Translations under genes and position numbers: made by a program
Notes under the pieces: model-generated
Told to the model about the DNA's origin: nothing
The model's input: only the letters and a program-made list of their open reading frames with translations
Databases searched by the model: none
Part shown: piece after piece, positions 23,031-31,500 of the stretch
Layout: the number at the start of each line of letters is the position of its first letter
Numbering within the stretch: the stretch's first letter is position 1
Origin: Guillardia theta CCMP2712
Taxonomy: Eukaryota > Protista > Cryptophyta
Length of the DNA stretch: 52,094 nucleotides
Direction: 5' to 3'
NCBI RefSeq assembly: GCF_000315625.1
Contig: NW_005434556.1
Span: 174,309-226,402, forward strand

Positions 23031-23789
23031 ATGGGGGGAGCGAGTTCATCGCTGAGGCTGGTAGGCGCGCTGCCATCGGACGTGCATGGGATGATGTACG
23101 AGCACCTGATCTCTCCGCGCAACCTTGTGTGGACCATGGACGATGCTGCGGTGACCGCGGGGATGCTGATCTCGGTGTGCAAGGATGTGCGGGAGGGCTT
23201 TGCCCGTGGGCTATGGGCGAGGCTGAGGAGTGTGTTGCCTTGTCCTCGGGGGCAGCAGCACGGAGTTGTGGATATGAGGGGGTTTATCCGTGAGGTCGGG
23301 ATCAAGCGGGTCCGTGGAGGGTCCTCTCTTGATGAGAGGGTTGTGTCGTATTTCGAGGAGAGGCCCGATATGCTGATGAACCCGATCCATCCACTGCAGC
23401 GGAGGGTGACGACGTGCGGGGAGAAGATGTTCTACTGGAGGGCGAGGAGGACGTTCAAGCTGGAGGATGGGGCCCTCAAGGGTCTTGTGTGGAGGACAAC
23501 GGAGCGGAGGCACTGGGGAAACTGCAGCAGCTACCGGGAGATCCGGCGTGTTGCGAGGGAGGTGCATGGTTTTGGCGGATTGCGGGAGACCAAAACAAAT
23601 TCGGCATCGATTTTGAGATCTCAGAGCTTTAGAGCCGTTACAAGACAATGTCGTTGCCTTTTCTGCAGCAGCCGCCGCTCTTGGCGGGGGGCATCATGTT
23701 GTACCGGGAAGTCCGTCCAGAGGGTCCTGCCAGGGTCGTTGCTGTCGTCCTCGTCTCAGCGTCTTGGTCGGCGTACCGGAGGGCGATGA
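23031..23789 (+). CDS. Companion ORF2 (unit D)
   Basis: Near-identical to the unit B copy (one Met-to-Lys difference seen); open frame. Confidence 0.55.
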   Translation: MGGASSSLRLVGALPSDVHGMMYEHLISPRNLVWTMDDAAVTAGMLISVCKDVREGFARGLWARLRSVLPCPRGQQHGVVDMRGFIREVGIKRVRGGSSLDERVVSYFEERPDMLMNPIHPLQRRVTTCGEKMFYWRARRTFKLEDGALKGLVWRTTERRHWGNCSSYREIRRVAREVHGFGGLRETKTNSASILRSQSFRAVTRQCRCLFCSSRRSWRGASCCTGKSVQRVLPGSLLSSSSQRLGRRTGGR

Positions 23790-24932
23790 CGATGCAGACG
23801 CAGAGTGCGGACCTGTGTGCTGTGCGTGTAGGGGGGGCGGGGGGGGAGTAGGGCTTACCCAGAGATGAGATGAGTAGGATGGCTGCGACGGGGGGACATA
23901 CCCGGCGCTGGCGATGTCGACGTGGTTGTGCGAGGAAGTCAGTATGCTTGTGTGACCCGCCTTGGTGTGTGCGTGTGTTGATCGTCACCATGCTGGTGAC
24001 GGGGAAGGCCTTGGCGATGAAGGGGACGCCGGTTCGCCTGTACGCCATGCGTCACCCCCCGAAGCTTCACGGGTTGCAACGTCTACAGCAAATACTCATC
24101 AAGGCACCTCCGCTGAATAACACACGAAGGTGAAGAGTAGAGATATCAAGTATATTTGATAACACGAGCGCAGTATCGACCCGTGGCACATACAGCAAGG
24201 GGGAGGACAGACCACCTGAGCAGTTGTTGACGATCCTGTTATGGTCAAGGGGAAGCACCAGGGGTGGTGAGGCTGCTCACGCACGAGCGAGCATCTCTCG
24301 TGCGATCGCTTAGATCTGTAGCCTGCTCCTCCTCGAGGGTCAGCCAATCGTACCCTATCGTCCTTCGGCGGCGGTCACAGCGACATCGCTGGGATGGCGC
24401 GGGGGTCTGGTGCTGCGCGCAGTGAAGTGAAGGTATCAGCAGTAGGCAGGATGAGGAGACTAACTTTGAGTGAAAGGACCCTTAGTCAAAGTCAGTCTCA
24501 GTGAATGAGCGGACCGGAGGGTGATAAGAGCCGGGGCCCGACTGACTGACCCACAAACTTTCATCTTCCCGCATTTCTCTACGGTCGTANNNNNNNNNNN
24601 NNNNNNNNNNNNNNNNNNNNNNNNNNNNNNNNNNNNNNNNNNNNNNNNNNNNNNNNNNNNNNNNNNNNNNNNNNNNNNNNNNNNNNNNNTGACTAGCCTG
24701 AGTGATCTCTGCGGCTGAATGTCAGTCGGCGGTCTGTAGGACCCCACCCTGTGTGATCCCCCTACTCCACCCCCTCTCTCAGCATACGGGTGTCTGAGTG
24801 GGAGGCCCTGCAGGAGCACGGGAGGGTGGGGTAGTCAGGTAGGCTTCTTCCCGCCTTTTTCTTCCCTCCCCTCCTACCCCCTGCCTTGCTACCCCTACCC
24901 CTCCCGCCTTCCGTCCTCCACCCGACGACGGC

Positions 24933-26780
24933 ATGTTCGCGCTGCCCTGGACGGGAGACATGGCGAGAAGCTCCTCCAGCCCCTGCCGCGCTCGCAGCAA
25001 GAGACCGAGGGTCGAGGCCTCCGCAGGAGGAGGAGGAGCCCTCAAGGCATGGCCGCCTGCCGACACTGAGGAGGGAGAGGAAGGCAGGATACGGGAGGAA
25101 GCCGAGAGGGGGTCATGCAAGGAGAAGCGCAAAGAAGAGAAGAGCCAGGAGAGAGGGGAAGGCAGCGTCTGCCCCCACGGCCGTGTACGATCTCGATGCA
25201 AGGAGTGCGGGGGAGGCAGCTTCTGCCTCCACGGCCGGAGGCGATCTACATGCAAGGAGTGTGGGGGAGGCAGCATCTGTCCCCACGGCCGTATACGATC
25301 TGAATGCAAGGAGTGCGGGGGAGCCAGCATCTGCCCCCACGGCCGGAGGCGATCTCGATGCAAGGAGTGCGGGGGAGGCAGCTTCTGCCCCCACGGCCGC
25401 GTACGATCTCAATGCAAGGAGTGCGGGGGAGGCAGCATCTGCCCCCACGGCCGGAGGCGATCTCGATGCAAGGAGTGCGGGGGAGCAAGCATCTGCCCCC
25501 ACGGCCGCATACGATCTCGATGCAAGGAGTGCGGGGGAGCCAGCATCTGCCCCCACGGCCGTCAGCGATCTGAATGCAAGGAGTGCGGGGGAGGCAGCGT
25601 CTGCCTCCACGGCCGCATACGATCTCGATGCAAGGAGTGCGGGGGAGGCAGCATCTGCCCCCACGGCCGTCAGCGATCTCGATGCAAGGAGTGCGGGGGA
25701 GGCAGCATCTGCCTCCACGGCCGGAGGCGATCTGAATGCAGGGAGTGCGGGGGAGCCAGCATCTGCCTTCACGGCCGTCAGCGATCTGGATGCAAGGAGT
25801 GCGGGGGAGCCAGCATCTGCCCCCACGGCCGCAGGCGATCTACATGCAAGGAGTGCGGGGGAGGCAGCATCTGCCCCCACGGCCGTATACGATCTGAATG
25901 CAAGGAGTGCGGGGGGGCCAGCATCTGCCCCCACGCCCGTGTACGATCTCGATGCAAGGAGTGCGGGGGAGGCAGCATCTGCCCCCACGTCCGTCAGCGA
26001 TCTGAATGCAAGGAGTGCGGGGGAGCCAGCATCTGCCCCCACGGCCGCATCTGCCCCCACGGCTGTCAGAAAGCTGGATGCAAGGAGTGCGGGGGAGGCA
26101 GCTTTTGCCCCCACGGCCGCAGGCGCTCTGAATGCAAGGAGTGCGGGGGAGGCCGCTTCTGCCCCCACGGCCGGAGGCGATCTACATGCAAGGAGTGCGG
26201 GGGAGCCAGCATCTGCCCCCACGGCCGTCAGCGATCTGAATGCAAGGAGTGCGGGGGAGCCAGCATCTGCCCCCACGGCCGGAGGCGATCTACATGCAGG
26301 GAGTGCGGGGGAGGCAGCATCTGCCCCCACGGCCGCATACGATCTCGATGCAAGGAGTGCGGGGGAGGCAGCATCTGCCCCCACGGCCGCAGACGATCTC
26401 AATGCAAGGAGTGCGGGGGAGGCAGCATCTGCCCCCACGCCCGTATACTATCTCGATGCAAGGAGTGCGGGGGAGCCAGCGTCTGCCCCCACGGCCGCAT
26501 ACTATCTCGATGCAAGGAGTGCGGGGGAGGCAGCTTCTGCCCCCACGGCCGTAGACGAGGTACATGCAAGGAGTGCGGGGGAGCCAGCGTCTGCCCCCAC
26601 GCCCGGAGGCGATCTACATGCAAGGAGTGCGGGGGATCCAGCATCTGCCCCCACGGCCGTATACGATATGGATGCAAGGAGTGCGGGGGAGGCAGCGTCT
26701 GCGTCCACGGCCGCAGACGATCTCAATGCAAGGAGTGTATCGCTGTGTCTGCGCTAGTATCTGGCGCGTGTGCGCAATGA
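24933..26780 (+). CDS. CxH-x6-CxxC repeat (putative zinc-finger array) protein, copy E, 29 repeats
   Basis: 615-aa ORF with 29 repeats plus a 6-aa in-frame duplication (ICPHGR) in repeat 17. Confidence 0.85.
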   Translation: MFALPWTGDMARSSSSPCRARSKRPRVEASAGGGGALKAWPPADTEEGEEGRIREEAERGSCKEKRKEEKSQERGEGSVCPHGRVRSRCKECGGGSFCLHGRRRSTCKECGGGSICPHGRIRSECKECGGASICPHGRRRSRCKECGGGSFCPHGRVRSQCKECGGGSICPHGRRRSRCKECGGASICPHGRIRSRCKECGGASICPHGRQRSECKECGGGSVCLHGRIRSRCKECGGGSICPHGRQRSRCKECGGGSICLHGRRRSECRECGGASICLHGRQRSGCKECGGASICPHGRRRSTCKECGGGSICPHGRIRSECKECGGASICPHARVRSRCKECGGGSICPHVRQRSECKECGGASICPHGRICPHGCQKAGCKECGGGSFCPHGRRRSECKECGGGRFCPHGRRRSTCKECGGASICPHGRQRSECKECGGASICPHGRRRSTCRECGGGSICPHGRIRSRCKECGGGSICPHGRRRSQCKECGGGSICPHARILSRCKECGGASVCPHGRILSRCKECGGGSFCPHGRRRGTCKECGGASVCPHARRRSTCKECGGSSICPHGRIRYGCKECGGGSVCVHGRRRSQCKECIAVSALVSGACAQ

Positions 26781-27271
26781 TCTGTCATGTACGTACAGGC
26801 TCTCACAACCCGGGCTCTTTAGACGGATCACTTGGCTGCAACTGGTCAGGTCTGCTGTCCTCACGCTCGTGGTAGGAGGTCGCACCACGAGGGCAGGTCA
26901 ACATTCTTACCATCTTCCAGACCAAGTATCAAGAGGATCATCGGAGGAGCTTCGATGGTGAACCATCCGTGTTGTGGTACACCGGACCTTGGCTTACACC
27001 GCACTCCTAGAGTCCACGTGACAGAAGGAGACCTCCATGATCTGACGAGCAGCAGTAGCCTGCCCTGCTTGATACGGTCTAGTAAAAGCAAGTCCTGATT
27101 GATCTATCTTGTTTCTCCAAGGATGCGCGTGCAACATCACTCTCCGCTTCACCAGAGGCTCCTCTTGCTGCTGCTGCCCTTTGCGCGGTGTGTGCGACAG
27201 GCTCTCTTTCCTTTTCTCTTGTCTCTCTGTCTCTCTGCCTCTCTGCCTCATTGTCTGTGCTTCTTGTTGTC

Positions 27272-27346
27272 ATGATGATGACGACGACGACGACGACGAC
27301 GATGGTGGTGGTGGTGGTGGTGGTGGTGGTGGTGGTGGTGGTGGTG
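27272..27346. repeat. Compound (GAT)/(GAC)/(GGT) microsatellite replacing 81 bp of unit sequence
   Basis: The flanks cttgttgtc and ttcaaagg match the other units (cf. 18871 and 18953), but the intervening sequence is entirely different. Confidence 0.9.
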
Positions 27347-27495
27347 TTCAAAGGTCAAGAGAGGGTGGGGTAGTCGGGTAGAGGAGATCCACAAACTTCC
27401 TTCTTCCCGTCTTTTTGCACAAGTCCAACCCCAGCGACTCTGAAATGGGGGGAGCGAGTTCATCGCTGAGGCTGGTAGGCGCGCTGCCATCGGAC

Positions 27496-28545
27496 ACATT
27501 GAAGTAGGCTGGTGAGAAAATCAAATCCATCAACTTCTTTCCCTCACTTCTCACTTTGTCTCTGCCCGACTTTTCCTCGTTCTTTCCCCTCATGGCGCCT
27601 GAGTAGCAGCAACTCGTCTCTCTCCTCCCTTGTGGCAGGGAACGGCCGCCTGCTCCTGCTGTCGTCCAACCTCCTACGAGCTGGTGAGATGTCAAGTCAC
27701 AGAGCCCCCCGGGGATGACAGTCTGTACAGTCGAGACAACTTCGATCATCTTCCACGATCTGCTCAAGACAAGCGAGTCCAAGGTAACGAGGAGCTTCTA
27801 TTTCAGTCGCCCCTCCTCACCTCCCTCGCAGATCTTTCTTGTCTCAGAGCTCCAGGAGATCAGCAGGTTCTTGCATTCGTTCCCTCTCCCCCTCCGCCTC
27901 CTCCTCTATCTCCCCTTCCTCCCCTGCCCTCTCCCCCTCCTCCTCTCTCGGGTATCTGCTATCTCAATGTTGTTTTCCCGCTCTCCTCCTCTCCTCTTCC
28001 TCCTCTCTTCCCCCTCTCATCCCTGCGTCTGCAGGAACATGGATGCCATGTCGCTCTGTCTCCCGCACGAGGCTCCTCCTATCGTCCGCATCTCCGCCAG
28101 GGGGAAGGAGCTGCCAGCCAGCAAGCTCGACGCGACCCACAACAGGGGCAACAAGGGGATATGGCAGGACCCGCACCAGCGCATCGCCAGCTTCGCAGAC
28201 CTCTGCTTCAGCAGCTCGTTAAGTCCCAGCCCCCCCGACGCGATCGTCGTTGGAGGACACTCTGCATGGTTCAAGACATTCTTCTCCAAGTACCTGGGCA
28301 GCAGCACCCAGCATGCCTGCACCAGGCAGAAGTTGTGCAATGCCGGCGTCGTCGCCTTCAAGCTGCAACGCGGGGAGATTGGAGGACGAGTCCTCTACCG
28401 CGTGAGGCCGGAAAGCATCCAGGTTGTGCACGGACACTTTGGCAGCAAGTACAAGGACGAGGAGGAGGAGGAGGAGAAGGAGAAGGAGAAGGAGGAGAAG
28501 GAGGAGGAGAGGAAGAAGCAGAAGGGGAAGAGGAAGGCTGGTTGA
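27496..28545 (+). pseudogene. 5'-truncated histidine phosphatase (phosphoglycerate-mutase-like) gene
   Basis: Exons 27639-27683, 27731-27783, ~27832-27866 and 28035-28545 splice to LLLLSSNLLRAVETT...LVSELQEISRNMD...IVVGGHSAWFKTFF...KLCNAGVVAF, matching the SSxLxRA, LxE and VxxH motifs. The N-terminal RHG motif is absent and there is an in-frame TAG at 27505-27507. Confidence 0.72.
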
Positions 28546-28583
28546 CATTCTTCACTAAAGTACAGCGACAGCACACAGCACAG

Positions 28584-31500
28584 CTAATCGAATGCGATGT
28601 GCTCCTCCCAGATGGCCTTGCCCAGCCTCTCCTGCAGGATCAAGTGGCTGCTGTAGGGCGGGAGGTACCTGCAGACACTCCAGTCAGCCCCTCCTCCCCC
28701 CGCACCTCGAGCCTCAGCCTTACAAGTAGTTGGCGCAAGTGCGGCAGGTTGGAAGTTTCCTGTCCCAGTCTTCCATGTCCTTGCGGGAGGTGACTTGGGG
28801 GTGAACGATGATCGGGTTCTCCTCAGGCGGCATGCAGACGGAAGCTGTGACGAACTTGATGAAGGCGCGACGCTGCGGCATGTCCATGGCCTGCGCGTGC
28901 AGATCAGGAGGAGTAGGAGGAGTAGGAGTTGTAGGAGGAGGAGCGGGAGGATGTGGACGAGGAGGAGGAGGATGAGGAGAAACGATGAGGCGGAGGAGGA
29001 GAAAGGAGGGAGAGGAGTAGGGAGACTCAGAGTGGTCATGGGGTTAGCAATGACGGGGGGATCGCGATGCTTCACCAGCATCTCCTTCCTTAGCCAGTTG
29101 ATCTGCTCCTTGTCCTCGGGCCACATGGGCCCAGGCCTCACGATCTTCTCCAGCTTGATCTCATCCCACTGCAGGTCGCTCCACCTGTGAGGGGTCAGGA
29201 GGAGACTGCGAACCCTCCCCCCTCCCGCCCCCTGTAGCCCCCACCAACCTCCTCTACCAATACCACCACCTCCTCCTCTACCACCTCTACCACCACCACC
29301 TCCTCCTCTACCACCACCACCTCCTCTACAACCACCATCACCACCACAACCTGTATCTCCTCCTCTTCCTCCTTCACCACCTCCACCTCCACCTCCACCT
29401 CCTCCTCCTCCTCCTCCTCCTCCTCCCTTACAGTTTCTGCTGCATCTCCTCAGGGCTGAAGACTGACAGCATCCTCCAAGGGAACACACAGCTGATCCCT
29501 CGCCTCACAGCCTCCACCTGCTCCTCCACCCGCAGCATCGACAGGCTGCTCCTCAGCTCCTCCTCCGCGTACGCCTGAAGGTTCGCCACGGTCACCTGCC
29601 AGCCGTCAGAACACACGGGAGGAGGAGGAGCGGCGCGAGCTACCGCTGAACCGTCTGCAAACTCCAGGTACTGCACTCTCTCCTCGATCTCCTCCAGCGT
29701 CTTCAAGTCGCCCTTGTCCCGCGCATGCTCTGGTTTCGACAGCACCGCGATCGCCTCCTGAGCCCAGAACATAATCTTCTCAAGGCTCTGGAAGCGCATT
29801 TCATCCACTCCCTTCAGCTGCAGGTGAGCAGGCAGTCAGTCCAGCAGTCAGCAGTCAGCAAGGCGAGGCTCACATCGGAGACGTCGACCGCCTGGCCGAT
29901 GAGGAGCTTGTAGAAGGGCTTTGCGAGACACAGCCCGGGCATCTGCCTCTGCTGGATGGCCTTGCCGATGAAGAGGCCGATGAACTCGAAGTTACTGAGC
30001 ATGGAGCTTCGTCTCTCGTTGTCCGCCGGCAGCTGCTCGGGGAACAGCCCCTCCTTGTGCTTCGTCTCTCGTTGTCCGCCGGCAGCTGCTCGGGGAACAG
30101 CCCCTCCTTGTTCGCCGCCCCGACATCCCGCCACAGCTGGGTGAACTCTTCCTCCCCCTCCTGACCTTCGATGATCGCCGCTACCTTCTCGTAGAACTTC
30201 CGGGTGGGACCAGAGCCATGTCCAGCCTCCCCCCGCCACGTCACGTCCAGAACCGTCTCCTTGGAGGCGTGCGCGTGGAGGATCTCCTTTGCCCATTCGA
30301 TGAGCCTCGGCTTGTCCTCGTGGCCCTCCCGTCGGTGGTCGATTTCGATCGTCTCGCGCTGTAGCTCGGGGACTTTCTCACTGATGATGCTGCGGGAGGC
30401 AATGAGGAGGCGGGGGCTGTCCTTGAAGGGGTTTGCCCGCATGAGCTCGATCCCCGTCGTCTCCAGGCTCATCGCGTCATGGTCGACATCTAGGGACAGC
30501 AGCGCCCGACACACTCCCAGCGCGCTGGCGTAGAAGAATCGCTCCCGGACTGAGAACGGAACGAGGGCGTGCAGGTTGCAGAGGCCGAAGAGCCAGGGGA
30601 TCTTGGTAAGAATGCCGCTTCCTACCGTCAGGGGGTCGTCGAGCTGCTTGCGGATGTGCAGACCGATGGACTGGCTGGATAGGTGCTCGCGCAGCATGAG
30701 GAGCCTCTTGTGGTAGCGGTGGGTGAGGAGGTCGTAGAGCTTGATGCAGTGGACAAGCTTCGAGTCCTTGAGGAACTCAAACTTTCTCTTCTCCTTGTCC
30801 GCCTGCGACCCTGAGGAGGTTGAAGTGGTTGAGCTGACGTCATGTGCGCCCGAGCTGGAGTCGGCGTGTGCTGAGTCAGCAGCGTCCTCCTCCGCTAGAC
30901 CAGCAGCTTCCCCTGCCTTGGCAGCGTTCACCTCCTCCCCTTCACCGATGTCACGACTGTATCTGATAGTGAAGGTCTTCTCCCAGAATTTGTTCGGGTG
31001 GACGAAATGGGGCCTGTGGCTGTTTCGCCCCTGCCTTGTCTCCACGCTGCTTCTCTTGTCTTGCAAGGCTGCTTCCTCCTTCAGTGCTGACAAGCGGGTT
31101 ATGGCCTCGAACAAGGTTTGCTCGTCCTCGAGGTCCACGGCAACACAACTCTGAGCCTGGGACGCCTCGGTGGCGCTCTTGCCCTTTGCCGCATCCTTCT
31201 CCTTCGCAGCACCAGGGGCCTTCCGTTCCATGGCCCTCTCCATCGTCGGGACCCTGTCCTCCGACGAATCGTCCGACGTCATTTGACCGATGGAGTCAGA
31301 TTCTAGCTGGAGGAAGTCGATGAACGGTCTGTACCCATACCTTCCTTCCTTCCCTGGGATGATCTGCAGCTTCAGCGGGGGAGGCTCGAAGTCGCTGCCA
31401 GCAGCCGTTTGGCTGGTGGGCTGGTAACGGGGCTGAGAAGAACAGGCTGCCATGAACGCTTGGGTATCTCCACCTTCAAACATCTCCTCGTCCTCGTAGT

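Larger units (their letters stand above)
11509..27495 (+). repeat. Head-to-tail tandem array: unit B 11509-15722, unit C 15723-20599, unit D 20600-24469, partial unit E 24470-27495
   Basis: The anchor gtgaaaggacccttagtc recurs at 11509, 15723, 20600 and 24470. Sequence outside the ZF minisatellite is nearly identical between units, so unit length differences come mainly from 54-bp repeat number. Confidence 0.96.

Noticed and set aside
11905-26757. Long Ala-rich ORFs (ARSAGEAASAPTA; GADAGSPALLA; MQGVRGRQHLPPRP) as separate genes
   Set aside because: They are shadow frames of the same minisatellite. The Cys/His frame has an ATG, an NLS-like leader and conserved metal ligands.
11952-26780. 54-bp repeats as a CRISPR array or a diversity-generating retroelement
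   Set aside because: The variable parts are ~12 nt drawn from a small reused set and keep a protein frame. There are no unique spacers, cas genes, reverse transcriptase or adenine-specific TR/VR pattern.
11509-27495. Tandem array as a pure assembly artefact
   Set aside because: Each unit has a distinct finger order and private SNPs or indels, and the B-C junction is gap-free. Gaps at 19632-19731 and 24590-24689 mean copy number and order still need long-read confirmation.
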